Positions 41,221 through 55,269 of a DNA stretch of 64,000 nucleotides are shown here, piece by piece (within the stretch, counting starts at the first letter, position 1; every line of letters begins with the position of its first letter). Position numbers and translations under genes: made by a program. Below the pieces are notes generated by a model. The model was not told the DNA's origin, did not search any database, and saw only the letters and a list, made by a program, of their open reading frames with translations. The DNA is from Eledone cirrhosa (lineage: Eukaryota), in contig OZ024744.1 in assembly GCA_964016885.1 (NCBI GenBank), forward strand, positions 53,258,001 to 53,322,000, given 5' to 3'.

Positions 41221-41922
41221 ATTACACAATAATCAAAGCTACGTTTAAATCATTTTATTGCTGACAATCGTTTCTTCCAAACTATCATTTGGACTCATCG
41301 AAGCACTAGCAATGTTTGTACATAAAATGAACCTCATATTCAACTGAACAATCATATACATACATGGATAACAATGTTGTCAACAATAGTTTCGTATGTA
41401 CAGAGTGGAATGGATGCTAAATAGATTACAAGAGAATTGTACAATAATGAAAATGAAAAATTAAAAATTAAAAATTAAAAATTAAAAATTAAAAATTAAA
41501 AATTAAAAATTAAAAAGGCATATGTACTGCTAGTGTCCTCGTTTTTCGAGTAACTTTCTATCTTAATGCCTCTTTAATTGTTATACTATTACCGTATAAT
41601 CTCTGTCGCTTGCATTCCAGCATTCCACTCTGTGCCTTTTTAATTTTTAATTTTTAATTTTTAATTTTTAATTTTTAATTTTTAATCTTTAATTTTAATT
41701 ATTGTACAATTCTCTTGTAATCTATGTTGCATCCATTCCACTCTGTAAATACGAAACTGTTGTTGACAGCATTATTATCCATGTATCTATATGATTGTTC
41801 AGTTGAATAGAAGGTTCATATGTACAAATATTGCTACTGCTCCGATGATTCCAAACGATAGTTTGGAAGAAACAATTGTCAGCAATAAAATGATTTAAAC
41901 ATAACTTTGATTATTGTGTAAT
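41221..41922. mobile_element. Fold-back element with ~300-bp inverted arms carrying (TTAAAAA)n and a variant HHR
   Basis: 41221-41520 pairs with 41634-41922. TGCT-CCGATGA-TTCCAAAC(GATA)GTTTGGAA-GAAA-CAATTG-TC-AGCA at 41838-41884, mirrored at 41259-41305. Confidence 0.8.
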
Positions 41923-42161
41923 TTATATTCCGGTTCTCTAAAACATCTCATGTATTTACATTGAGCTATTTTTCTTAATGGTAATAAGGTAGTAATAAAT
42001 TACTGACCTTTCCTGTTTATAGTTGTATATAGTGTATACATAACTTTAAATAATATATATATATATTGTTATACTTGGGGAGGGTCATATTGTTATAATA
42101 TTGCCAGAAATAATAACAACATATATATATATAACATGCAAACACAAGAGCAAGAATGAAG

Positions 42162-42229
<68 letters not shown>

Positions 42230-42232
42230 AAT

Positions 42233-42437
42233 AAGAGGAGATTCGACTGGTGTAATTCCTTAAAGGTTTAATATACAATGATCATTTCAATGACCGGGTT
42301 CAGTATGAATCCGGTGGCATCGTCAGGTATTCAAAATATAACAAAGGAATATAACAGATAAAATCCATGTGGCTGATAATCAGAGACAAGAGGACGACCG
42401 ACTATTTAGCAGCTTCTACCTCGGTAGTCCGCCCTCA
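42233..42437 (-). repeat. Diverged monomer of the 36874-37290 palindrome arm
   Basis: Shares ATACAATGATCATTTCAATGACCGGGTTC..TCAGGTATTC. Confidence 0.75.
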
Positions 42438-43414
42438 AGTTTTGATTATTATGTCTAATTATGACCATCTGTTGAAGGGGCGCAAGCTTATAATGTGCTA
42501 ATACCTCCCTATCAAAGAAAATGTCAGCGCTGAGGTCATGCCTCAAGCTAGCTGATCATGCGTGCTAGAAATTGCCACGAAAAATGTTTTTTCAAAGAAA
42601 ATATATCTTCAACAAAGACATATATTGTGGGCGTCTGTGTGGTATAATGTGTGGACAGAAAATTCGATTAACAATTAGAAACGTTAAACTTACGTTTAGA
42701 GTTAGAAGATGAAATTAAAAAAATAATGTTTAAGGTTAGGTTGTGAGATTTAGTTAAAGGATTTACAGAAGGAGGCTTTTATGAAAAAGTTTAAGTGTAT
42801 TATAGATAGTCACGATAGAGTTTCAGGGTAGGATATAGAGTAAAGATTAAGCCCTTGTTTAGCGGTCAATAACCAGCGACGACTGCAGACCCCCGGCCAG
42901 CCCTGCCCTAACTATGTGCCAGCCGTTCCGAGTAATATCGTCTAGCGAAAGAAATGGAAACTAATTTTTCCGAGCACTCCAGGAATGTAACTGTGTTAGG
43001 CGTCGGGTGTATTAACGGGAAGTCCGACTCCCTTGGATATATATATATAAGGTCACACTCTCTTGAACTTAAGTTCTGTTACCGCTGTCGTCTTGGATTC
43101 TCATGCCTCACGTTGCTTGCACGTACTTCGGTTTCTTGTTTTTTCGGTGTTTTCTCTTTTCTCCCCTTTTCCCCTTTTCTCTTCTATTTTTCTTCTCTCC
43201 CTCCTCCGTTTTCTCAATAACTTACCCAGTTATTGAACGTTCTGGGGGTAGATACATTGTCTTTAAAGCGATGAAAGCGGCTTCTTCGCGGTTGACCCCA
43301 ATAGGGTATTTACCCAACATTTCAACAGCATGTAGAAACTGACTAAATATACCTCAACCATACACAATTAGGTATAAATTTAAAGTTAGGAGAAACGTGT
43401 ACATACCGTAATTA

Positions 43415-43496
43415 CATCTCTACCATCGTTTCGTTCGTATTTTGAGATATCCTATTATTAAGAATGAATCTAGAGTAACGAACTCATCAGGAGACA
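43415..43496 (-). ncRNA. Type I hammerhead ribozyme with long stem II
   Basis: TGTCTC-CTGATGA-GTTCGT..ACGAAC-GAAA-C(GATG)G-TA-GAGATG; canonical core with G10.1-C11.1. Confidence 0.8.
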
Positions 43497-43726
43497 AACT
43501 CAATAGGACAGTTAATTTTCCAAAGCGATCGCGCCAGAAATAGATTTAAAAGATGGCTAAGAAATATTTCTTCATGGGAGCCTTTATTCTTATAGCCTGG
43601 TCTAATTGATTTTTTATATGGTTAATTATGCTAATTGGGAGAGGAAATGGTATATATTTTATCTAATAATTCTAAGGACATGATTTATGATATATATATA
43701 TATAAATATATATATATGTGTGTGTG

Positions 43727-44186
43727 TTTGTGTTATATTGTTATAATTGGGGAGGATCATATTGTTATAATATTGCCAGAAATAATAACAGAACACACTC
43801 ACTGTTTGGTTTGGGTTGGTTTTCGCTTCTGTATCTTTTATATCTCCATAGTTAATTCATTTGGCAATCAATATTTATAATGGCGTAGGCATCGGGAGGA
43901 AACATAATAGTACCACTGATGATGTCGCAGATGGGTGACGAAAGAACTTTGATAGACTATGTATATATATTTATATCTGTATTTGTAACCGCTGGTCAAT
44001 CGATGATCAACATTGATAGCAAATACATTAACTATGGAGATATAAAAGATACAGAAGCGAAAACAAACCCAAACCAAATAGTGAGTGTGTTCTGTTATTA
44101 TTTCTGCCAATATTATAACAATATGACCCTCCCCAAATATAACAATATTTGTTTACCCACACGATTTCATATCAAAAACGTTGCAA

Positions 44187-44192
<6 letters not shown>
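43727..44192 (+). mobile_element. PLE pLTR remnant (sister Neptune-like family) with ~140-bp inverted arms and HHR at 43911-43954
   Basis: Ends in MTLPKYNNICLPTRFHIKN, homologous to the ORF start at 10426. TACCA-CTGATGA-TGTCGC..GTGAC-GAAA-GAAC-TT-TGATA. Another fragment lies at 42065-42120. Confidence 0.75.
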
Positions 44193-44264
<72 letters not shown>

Positions 44265-44638
44265 TATGTATATATATATCAACAAACCATTTTGATTCGA
44301 TAATTTACTTTTTGATTTATTTAATGTTATTTTTTTATTATTTAATTTGGTGTTTTTTTAAATTTCTTTTGTATTTCTGATGATTTACTTTGTCAATAAT
44401 GATATCCTATGAAAGTAAATTAAGTATTATATTTCCTTTCTTAAAACACCAATCATCCGATTTCCAAGTAAAAACCCCACACATCATGTAACCTGTCCTT
44501 GAAATGCTCCATTTAACCGTTGCCAATGTGGCATATAAATGGAATCATTATCATCATCATCCTCTCCTTCTTCCTTCTTTTCTCCTTACTCTCCTCCTCC
44601 TTCTCTTTCTCCTCCTCCTCATTATTATTATTATTGAG

Positions 44639-44855
44639 ACCGTGGATTGGCAGAATTGTTAGAGCGTCAGACAACAGGCTTCGCAGCATAGTTACGTCCT
44701 TTTACGTTCTGAGTTGAAATTTCGCCGAGGTTAACTTTACCTGTCACCCTTACGAGCTCGTTAAATTAAAGCACCAGTAATGCATTAGGGTTGATTTAAT
44801 AGACTTTCTCCTACCCTCAAATTGCTAGCCTTGTGCTTAAATCAGAGCAATTATT
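44639..44855 (+). mobile_element. SINE family A, diverged
   Basis: GGATTGGCAGAAT head and degenerate core. Confidence 0.7.
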
Positions 44856-44862
44856 ATTATCA

Positions 44863-44965
44863 TTTACACGCACAAAACCTACATCGTTCGGTCCTGTGCC
44901 GTCTGTAATGTATTTCTTGATGTCAACCCTTGTGGCCAATAAAGAAATCATTATTATTATCATTA
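44863..44965 (+). mobile_element. 3' tip of a Tx1-like LINE
   Basis: Matches 61440-61545 (CCTTGTGGCCAATAAAGAAATCATTATT). Confidence 0.65.
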
Positions 44966-44969
44966 TATA

Positions 44970-45163
44970 AGGGCGGTGGATTGGCAGTATTGGTAAGGAG
45001 TCAGACGCCATGCTTTCCAGCATAATTACGTCCCTTTACGGTCTGAGTTCAAATCCCGCCGAGGTTCACTTTGCCTTTCATCCTTACGGGGTCGATAAAA
45101 TAAAGTACCAGTAATGCATTGGGTAATTGCTGGCCTTGTGCCAAAAGTAGAAACAATTATTAT
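44970..45163 (+). mobile_element. SINE family A, full length
   Basis: Head, B-box and core. Confidence 0.85.
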
Positions 45164-45519
45164 TATCATTGTCATCATCATCATTGCCGTACTCATCATA
45201 ATTATTTATTTCCTGTTGCTCAAGCTTCAGCAATTAATAACAGCCCTGTGTGAGACGCTGACGCTGATAGCTTTTGTTTTTACTTTTTATATACAAACTC
45301 TCCCACACGTCCACCACGTCCACCACTACACCACTCTACCACTGCACCACTCCATGTCATATAATCTACAAGTGATGCAGGAAAACATTTCTATAATTAA
45401 ACTGAGGAATTAGAAAATTGTTGTTGAAATTTCCTGAAAGGGTCAAACTATATCACTCATTCTTGTCAAGTTTTCAATTTAATATGAAAATTTGATTAAA
45501 TTTTTGCCATTTTATTAAT

Positions 45520-45536
45520 TATCATTATCATACTTA

Positions 45537-45585
<49 letters not shown>

Positions 45586-45790
45586 GAAAAAATAAATAAA
45601 GAAATCATTATTATTATTATTATCACCATCATCCTCATCATACTCATCATCATCATCCTCAACATCATCGTCACCAACATCAACCTGCTCCCCTCCTCCA
45701 CCCCCTCCTCATCATCATCATCATCACCATCACCATCATCATCACCATCACCATCACCATCATCATCCCTATCATCACCATTATTTATGT
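45520..45790. repeat. (ATT)n/(CAT)n trinucleotide low-complexity tract
   Basis: Seen directly. Confidence 0.85.
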
Positions 45791-46074
45791 TATCATGTTG
45801 TCTATCTGCAGACGTGATGGTTGTTTCCATGTTTGATATGAAGTGTCAATTTGAAAGTCGTTCTATATTTAAATATACACTAAGATGTTTGAACGAAGCC
45901 TTATAGATAATATGAGTGTGCACTGGTAGAGAGGCATATAGTGACGAAGAGGGATAAAGAAATTAGGCAAAGAGAAGGATACACGCACATACATGCGCAC
46001 ACACGCATATATGCATCCATAGATAAATGTATGTATGCATATTAAATATATAATAAATGTATGTATGCATATAA

Positions 46075-46156
<82 letters not shown>

Positions 46157-46211
46157 TGTGTGTGTGTGTGTGTGTGTTTATATATAGAGAGAGATAGATA
46201 GATAGATAGAT

Positions 46212-49200
46212 AAATGTCTTTATTAGCCACAAGGGCACAAGAAGGGGCAAATACAAATGGGGAGTTTACATACAGGTATATGAAAATAAAACTATTAATG
46301 CAATAACAAATAACAATTGAAATCCCCAATAGAGGGGAGGTGTTGCACAGGGGCTTTACACACCCCGAAAAAATGTACAACCCTCATCTCCAGGAGCACC
46401 AAGAGTGAGTACTGCCTTCCTCTCTTCCTCTTTTACCTCAACCTACAGGCTTATATAGAGAGAAGGCCCAACCACTCGGGCCATCTTTGCCACATTCACC
46501 CACCTTTTATAAAATGTGCTGGGGTACAGCACCTCTCTCTCCATCCTGATTCTTCTTCCAAAAGTGAAAGGTGTCTGACTTCAGCCCTTTTAACCTCGTC
46601 CACCATATAACCTCTTATATCATAGCCATAACACATGGGAAAACAGCCTCTCCCTCATTTTTGAAGGAGGGTGGCGGTTTGATCATGAGAATGGACTCGG
46701 TGGTCAACTGGATTGGTCCCACCGGCGACAATAGTCGTTCTACATAGCCCCACAGGTCGGTAACGCCCGGGCAGTGTACAAATGCGTGTGCGACGCTTTC
46801 CTCGACGCGCACGCATCTCGGACAGATCTTTTGCGAAGGGGCCCTACCCGGGCGCCCGTGTCTGTAGAGTTTGTGGCGAACTGGTAGAGCTCCTCGGTAG
46901 CACTACCAGGCCAAGAACTTTTTGAAGTTGTTCATTGGTCCCGGGCGGAAGGTCCTACCGAACAGACTGGCCAGTTCACCTCTTCTACGCCTAGAGTTTC
47001 TCCAAGCGTGTCTTCGCACTTGCTACGGACCAACCCTCTATAGTATGTCGAAGTGGAGTCTCCACTGATCGCCGGGTCCGTTTGCCAGAAGACTGTGAGC
47101 GCCTGAGCACATTCGATGTGCCAGTCGCCCATTTTCCTCGGTCTTTGCTTGACCTAGAACTGCAGCTCGGTCAGCGAGACGAGTCGTGGGAAGGCTCGCC
47201 TCAGGAACGGATCCCCCACCGGTTGTCTGGTGAGGAATTCGTGGAGGTGCCGCAGCCTGAGCGCGTGTGTGCGGATCGTCAGCCACGGCATCCCCAGCCC
47301 TCCGTTTGAAGGGTGTTGGCAGCAGATGGATCTTCTCACCAAAGGAGGCCGTTTCTTCCAAAGGAATTGGAAGAGCGTGCGCCCATTTTGGTGAGCGTTT
47401 TGACTGGACAAGGTACAACGTCAAGCGGTAGTAGATGACGGACGCTATAAAAGTGTTCGCCACCTCCGCTCGACCTTTCAAGGATAGTTTGCACTCGGCC
47501 CACTTCTGGGTGAGCGCAACACCTTGGCCGTCACCTTGTTCCAGTTCTTCTCCACCTGGAGGTCAGGACCAAACCAGACCCCGAGCAGCTTTACCGGTCC
47601 TTCCGTCCAGCGTCCGACGACGTCATCGGAAGGCATCGGTTTGCCTCTCCACGTTCCGAGTTGCAAACCGACGGATTTGTCCCGGCACAGTTTCGCTCCT
47701 GTGAAACTTTCGTATTCCTCCAGTACGGTGCCGATCTCCCCGATTTGCGAGGTGCTCGACACCATCACTGTCACGTCGTCGGCGTAGGCCGACGCCGCTT
47801 TTTGCAGTCTCGGTTCCAAAAGGCTGCCCTGCAATAGCTCCAACTTCCGCAGTAGTGGCTCGAGAGTCACTACGTACAGAAGGGAGGAGAGAGGGCATCC
47901 CTGTCGGATGGATCGCGTGATATGGAACGGCTCCGAGAGGTAGCCGTTTACCTTGACCCATGAGCAGATGTTACTGTTGTGCATTGCCGCAATCCAGCCC
48001 CTGAACACGGGACCAAAGCCTGCCGCCTCGAGCAACGCATCCAGGTAACGATGGTCAACCCTATCGAAAGCCTTAGACTGATCCAAGTTGACCAGGGCCC
48101 CACCGGAGCCGTGTTTACACCCTACCCTCTCTATGATGTATCGCATGAGGTGGAGGTTGTGGTGTATGGACCTGGTCGGGATTGTGCATGTCTGCGCTTC
48201 TTCCACTAGGTTTTCGACAAGCGCCAGCCTCTTTGCCAACACCTTGGCCAAAATCTGTAACTCTGTGTTGAGCAGAGTTATGGGCCGGAAGTTGCCTATG
48301 TCATCCCCCTTGTTCTCGTCCTTCCTGACTAACGTGATTACGCTCTTGATTACAGAACTAGGATTTCTCCCGTTCTGCTGCCAGTTGCAGTAGACCGCTT
48401 CCAGGAGACCGGAGAATAAGTCCGGCATTGCTACGTAAAATTCGTAGGGTAGACCGTCGAGACCTGGAGATTTGCTTTTGCCGCATTGGCTCAGCGTGTC
48501 CCCCATCTCAGCGGGCGAAATCGGCCTTTCGCAAAACTTCGCCTCGCTGTTCGAGAGTCGCGGTAGGCCGTCGAGTTATGAACCGAAATCTATAGCCCCT
48601 CCCGGCGCGTCGCCCTGCCCGAACAGTTGAGCAAAGTGCCGCTGAAAGGCCGCGCACATTTGCCTCGGCTCACGTATCACACGTCCGTCTTTGTCCTTCA
48701 AAGACCGAATCGTGGACTTGTTGCCACTTCTCGCCTCCGTTAGTCGGGCCCAGCTAACAGCTTTGGCTCCCTCGTTTCCCAGAGCACGTATTTTGCTTCT
48801 GACAACGCAGCCTTCATGCTTTGCGTCGAAGAACTGGTCCAAGGCCGTTCTCGTTGCTAGCACGCTGGCTACGTTGCCACTCCTAAGTGTCTCTTCTACT
48901 TTATCTACCAGTTCCTTTTCGGTCTTATTTCTATCTAACACTAATTCTTTACTAAAACCTATCGTGTCTAATCTAACTGCCCTCTTGAGAGAGTACAAAC
49001 ATATGTTGTTGACAATGGCCACCGTCAAGTGCTGCTTAACTAAAGTACTAATCCGTCTACTGAAGGCTTTGCATGTCGGTAACGACAAGTTCAGCTTCCA
49101 GTAGCCGGGTCCCTGTCTATGGGTTTTGTCAAGATTGACTAAGCAGGTCACTAATTTGTGATCTGAATAGGCAGCCATGAACATTTGTGGACAGATTAAC

Positions 49201-51858
49201 AGGTACCTATCCCTCTTTCTGACTAGAACCCTATCTTGATACGATCTAGATTTTCCGCTGCGATTAGTCCAAGTCCACAGTAGCACAGTCGGAAAATCTA
49301 GTCGATATCTATCGGCCAGGTCAAATCGGCCGATTACCTGTTTGAGGCTGTTACACCCCCTTCTATCGGGACATGCTCCCACATAGTCCCAACGTGCATC
49401 TAGGATTCTATTCCAGTCCCCCACTAACAGCAGGGAGCGGGACGTTCCCAGAAAAGTCTCTAGACGTTTTGAAGAAGTCTGGCCACGGTGTCCAGGATGG
49501 GGCATATGCGGCCACCAGCCTGAAGGCTCCACCTTCACTACCGTCAACGTCTAGGACCACCAGTCGACCCTCCTGGTCCAGATGTACCGTCTGTGTTACG
49601 AGGTCCAGGTGTTTCCGCAGCAAAACGGCAACCCCCACCCCCACCTCCCGGCTGACAGAGAGATGCGTAGATCTCAAAGACGTCGAAGATGGGGGCCAGT
49701 TGTCGCTCACTGTGGATCGTTGACTCGCAACTGGCTACTACATACATACTGTGCGACCTGAGGCCGTTTAAGAGTTTGCCCTGTTTCCAGGGCATCCCCA
49801 GGCCGCGTACGTTCACACATCCAACTCTTATATTGGCCATGTTGGTGCTGAAAAGTTAAAAGAGAGGAAAAGAAATCACTCACCTATTCGTCTCCTGGGG
49901 ACCAGGCTGCACAATCTCCATGCGGGTGTTGGATGGGTTGTTTGGTGGGGTGGTGGTCTCTGGAGGGGTGGGGACAGAGATGTTTGGTGGGGAGGGGGTG
50001 TCCGGTGGGATGGGGAAACATTTTAACAGGACTCGATTGTAGGGTTTGACGCAGGGGTTACCTACGTCGTTAGGATATTTTTCTTTTAACTGTTTATGTA
50101 TGTCCATGGAGATCCTAATCATTTAAAGACTAGGATTCTCCGAAGAGTGTGTAAAAGTTTTCCCTTCGGTCTCCACCGAAGAGTTTTTATATATGGTGTC
50201 TGTTAAAGTTTTATTGTTATTATTTATGTAGGTGTAACATTTTTGTTGTGTTGGGTTGCTTTTTGTCTGTGGCTCTTGTGTGTGTTTACGTTTTGTAGTA
50301 GGTGTTTTGTTTTCAGGAGAGGGGTGTTTTTGTTTGTGCTGTTTGCGTCGCTTGTGTTGGTGTTTGTGTGTTTGTTGATTTTTGTTTGTGTTATGTCTTT
50401 TCTTTTTTCTTTTTACTGGTCGGAAAGGCTCTGGGTGACGATGATGAGGCCTCATCCGTGTTGTTGGGGAGGGGTACATTTTGGGGAGCTGTTATGTGTG
50501 TGGGTGTTTCTGGAGTTGTTTTAGGTGGGGAGGGTTGGGTGGGACTGTGTTTGTGGTTTGTTTTGTTGTCACAATTTTTTATGTTGTTGTTGTTGTTGTT
50601 GTTGTTGTTGTGGTGGTGGTGATTGTTGTGCTGGTGTTGTAGGTGTTGGCAGAAATGCCTTTTTGGGGGCTAGTTAGCCGAGGACAGGAAGCTCTCAGGT
50701 GACCTCTGCTTAGGCAGTGGTAACATGAGGGCCACCTACCCTCGACCGAAATGTTTATGTATATAAATCCATCCAGCAGCACACGTTCCGGGATCCTAGC
50801 TATTCGTTCTGGTGTCATTTGTACCAGAATTTCCAGGCTAGTTCCGCTGAACAGGTCGCCAGAGGACTTACCTACCGATATTATTGTGTCTTTTTCTAGG
50901 TTTAAAAATCCACATAGTACCCACCAAATATCAATATTTGGTGCGATACTTTGGATTTTTATTTTCTATGTTCTTTTCCCCATGTAAGTGGGGAAAAGGG
51001 TGAACAACGGTGACACAATTGGCGACACAGAGTGTTTCTGTGCCGTCAGTTGGTCTTTCATCAGAATGGATAAACACCCGTAGAGTCTACCCTCCTGAAT
51101 GAAAGCAATGTCTTTTAAGGTTTCTTCTAAAACCAACTCAATTTCGCCTTGTGAAAGTTGAGTCGGTTTTCGGTTTTTGTTTGAGACCGTCCTGAAAACC
51201 ACAGTTTGCAAGGCAGCTTCTCTTCGCAAATCTGGGGGAGAGTTTATGGAGAATGATCCATTCTCCCCGAAAGTTACATATTGTCTGGCGTTATTCAAAA
51301 GCTCATTTGCATTTGAAATATCTACCAATGTGTAGCTTACCGTTTTCTTTACGGTTTGCGCAAACGATGTTTTGTCGTTTACTTCCTTGTTACAGTTATT
51401 GGTCTTGTTGTTGTTGTTATTGTTATTGTTATTGGTGTTATTTTCGTTCGTAGCATTGTTGTTGTTGCTGGTGCCGCTGGTTGTGTTGGTTTTGTTCATT
51501 GTTTCACACTTTTGGTTTGTTGCCACGTCAAGTTGTCGGTCAGCAGGTGGAGAAAATCCTTCCTCTGGCTGACCTTGGTCTTTGACATCTGCTACTATGA
51601 CAATGGCAGGGGGATGCTGTATGCATATCTTCCCCTTTTCTCCTTTTTCCAAAAAAATGTTAGCTTTTCCAAAAAAAACTTTTTGTGAACAATTTCGCAT
51701 AAAGGCGTAGAATATTTTGAGAGACTGACCAGATCAAAATTTGACCTGGCAGTCCCTCTAAAAATTGGTATAAAAATGAAGGTTTACAGTTAGGAATTTC
51801 TATAGAAATTTAGGCAGAACTTACCCAGCAAGTTTCACGCGTGTGTCCATCCCAGAGA
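46212..51858 (-). mobile_element. Tx1/L1-clade LINE, near full length, disrupted ORF1 and ORF2
   Basis: ORF1 ~51700-49880 has CYHCLSRGHLRASC. ORF2 from 49840 has VNVRGL, VGDWN, YSDH, GPGYWKLN, KSPGLDGL, NFRPITLLN, DQSKAFD, RQGCPLS, YADD and C-terminal CPRC..HAFVHC. The 3' end has AATAAA then (TATC)n. Confidence 0.92.
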
Positions 51859-51909
51859 AATATATATATATATATATATATATAGATAGATAGATAGATA
51901 GATAGATAA

Positions 51910-52962
51910 CACCGTGTAACATTTTTGTTCCCCGGTTCTAAGTGTCAATTACTGGTGTGTTATATCCCATTGTGAATTGGCAGAATCGGTAGAGGGCCGG
52001 ACGCTTTGCTTTGACGCATAGAGTTACGACCCTTGTCATTCTGAGTTCAAATCCCGCCGAGGTTAACTTTGCCTTTCATCCTTACGGGGTCGATAAAATA
52101 AAGTACCAGTAATGTACTGGGTAATTGCTGGCCTTTAGCCAAAAGTAGAAACAATTATTATAAAAAAAAACACTATTATTTAATCAGTAGTTTGGGTTTG
52201 TGGTCAGGAGTTTGATATTTCGAAATTTTCATATTTTTCAAGAAAAAACACATTTTTTTTAAAAATTATCGGTTCATATAATTAAATCAACAGAGTATAT
52301 ATTTATTTTATTACACAAGCTTATCAAAAGCAAACAAGTAAAAACAAATAACACTTATAAAGCTACTTATACACGTCAGAAATGACTGGATTTCCTGGAG
52401 TTGCGGTTGTAGTCCAGGTCGCATTCCCGCACTAGTCCCCCAGATATAGTCCCCCATCATTTTTTCATTGTAGTGGCTGTGGTACCTCCGCTCTATCTCT
52501 TTCACATCTTGGTGGAATCGTTTGCCATGTTCTTCTGAGTAGGTGCCTATATTGTCCTTGAATTTTTCCAGGTGAGCATCCAGCATATGGAGTTTAAGTG
52601 ACATCCTGCATCCCATGTCGCCAAAAGCCTTTATCAGATCCTGCACCAGTTGCTGGTAGTTTTCAGCTCTGTAGTTGCCCAGGAAGCCCTTAACAACTGC
52701 CTTGAAACAGTTCCATGCTCTTCTCTCATTCCTATTGAGCTTATTGGAGAACTTGGTAGACTCAAACACCTTCTTTATCTGAGGTCCAACAAAAATTCCA
52801 CCTTTGATTTTGGCCTCAGATAACTTGGGGAAGAACTCAAGAAGGTACTTAAAAGCGGCTGATTCTTGGTTGAGAGCATTCACAAACTGCTTCATCAACC
52901 CCAACTTAATGTGCAGTGGTGGCATGAGCACAATCCTGGGATCAACCAGTGGCTCCTGGTTT
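51910..52962 (-). mobile_element. Second Chapaev3-like remnant interrupted by a SINE
   Basis: Highly similar to 3077-3870. LMPPLHIKLGLMKQFVNAL..RFHQD. SINE family A at 51971-52160. Confidence 0.8.
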
Positions 52963-53029
52963 GAGGTCTGGTGTGTGTGTGTAGATTATTACGCAGTTGG
53001 GTCAGAGTTACTGCTGATAATAATGGTTT

Positions 53030-53418
53030 CTGATTTAGGCACAAAGTCAACAATATTTTTTTGCGATGAGGGGGGGGGGGTCGATTAAATCGAACACAGG
53101 GCATTACTGGTACTTTATTTTACCGACACGGAAAGGATGAAAGTCAAAGCTAACCTCGGCAGGATTTGATATGCTGCAAAGTGTATTGTCTGACGATCTA
53201 CCGCCACTGTCAATCCATTGCAGATAATAATTATTATTATTTATTATTATAGGTCGGACACCATGCTTTGTAGCATAGAGTTACGGCCCTTGCCATTCTG
53301 AGTTCAAATCCCGCCTTGGTTAACTTTGCCTTTCATCCTTACGGGGTCGATAAAATAAAGCACCAGTAATGTACTGGAGTATTTGCTGGCCCTGTGCCAA
53401 AAGTAGAAACAATTATTA
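53030..53418. mobile_element. Two SINE family A copies (53030-53218 minus, 53252-53418 plus)
   Basis: Shared core on opposite strands. Confidence 0.8.
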
Positions 53419-53699
53419 TAAAGAAACTTCGTAATATGACTGTTGCAGCCCTGATAAAGTTTATCTCCTACCCATACTAGTAATTAGTGCGGGCCGCAGG
53501 TTTACGAAATATAAAATTCTGGAAATATAATGACGTCCAAGATAGGAAATATAGTATGACATGTCTTACGTCTACAATAGGTCTTTAGTTTATGGTTCGC
53601 TTTGCTTTACTGAGTATACGTATTGTTTACGAATTAGGGAATTCGATGGTCATAACTTCGGGATGTTCTCAATGATTTAAGTATTTGACGGTCCGATTT

Positions 53700-53935
<236 letters not shown>

Positions 53936-54754
53936 ATAGTATATATGTATAATATATTTATTTAATTCCCTTCACTTAATTGCGAAACAGCATTGCCAAG
54001 AACTGTCTGGATGTACAATTGATAGTTGTCACAATTTCGGTTTGAACTTTTTAATTTATTCTTTTAAATTGAGTCTGGCAAACCGTATTGTTCATAGTTA
54101 GTATCCTATTCACACTGGCGAATCTGGTCCCTTATGATTTGAACACATATATGTATATATCTGTGTTTATCTCTCTTTATTATATTGAATTATATGTATA
54201 TATATACATGTACTTTAGCCGTTAGTCAAGTAACAGTTGGTACATAGCTACGCCCCTAGCTGTCACGTGATTACTAGTTGATGCAGGATTTAATGTACTG
54301 TGTCTTTAATATCAATCACTCATTTTTAACAAATTGAATTACTAATTAAAATTTTTAAAATTGATGAATACACACAGACGCACACACATACACACACACA
54401 CACACACATATATATATGTATGTAAGTGTCAAACGACCAGATTTCAACCCCAACATCTACAACAACAACAACAACACCGGCACTAATGTTGACAGCAACA
54501 ACAGCTTCAGAATGAAATGAAATGAACAACATTTACAACAACAACAACTGCGGCATCAAACGATAAAAAAAAAAACACACACACACAACACAACAACAAC
54601 ATCAACTGCCACCACCATCACCATCCACCGCCGCCATCGCCATCACCATCACCATCACCAGTGACCGGGCCTTAAGAAAACAACAACTTTAAAAACAACA
54701 ATTTTTCTGCATTTGACACGGAGCCAACGATTGTTCCAGCGCATTACTCTCTTT

Positions 54755-55024
54755 TGTTGACTCCGTGTGGATGAAAGGCAAGGTTGACCTCGGCGGGATT
54801 TGAGGGTGGAGGGCCATAGCTCTATGCTGTAAAGCAATTATAATCATTGTTTCTACTTTTGGCACAAGGCCAGCAAATACCCAGTGTATTACTGGTACTT
54901 TATTCTATCGACCCCGTAAGGATGAAAGGCAAAGTTAACCTCGGCGTGATTTGAACACAGAATGGCAAGGGCTGTAACTCTATACGTCAAAGCATCACGT
55001 CCGACCCTCTACCGATACTGCCAA
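54755..55024 (-). mobile_element. SINE family A, one full copy plus a partial tandem copy
   Basis: GGATGAAAGGCAA..ACCTCGGCG occurs twice. Confidence 0.8.
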
Positions 55025-55124
55025 CAATCCATAATAATACAGAACAGTAACACGAACGGCTTCAATTATACGAACTCTTTCGAAAATCAACAGTTGACAT
55101 AAACTTGTATCAGTAATGACGGTA

Positions 55125-55175
<51 letters not shown>

Positions 55176-55269
55176 AGTAAGTGAATAACGTGTGTGTGTT
55201 TGTTTGTATGCATGAGTGTTTGTGTGTACGCGCGTATGTATGTGTGTTTTTTTTTCATGCGCGCGGACA

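Noticed and set aside
42907-42937. Resemblance to SSU rRNA (CTAACTATGTGCCAGC..GTAATA)
   Set aside because: The match is about 16 nt with no flanking rRNA similarity, so it is likely chance.
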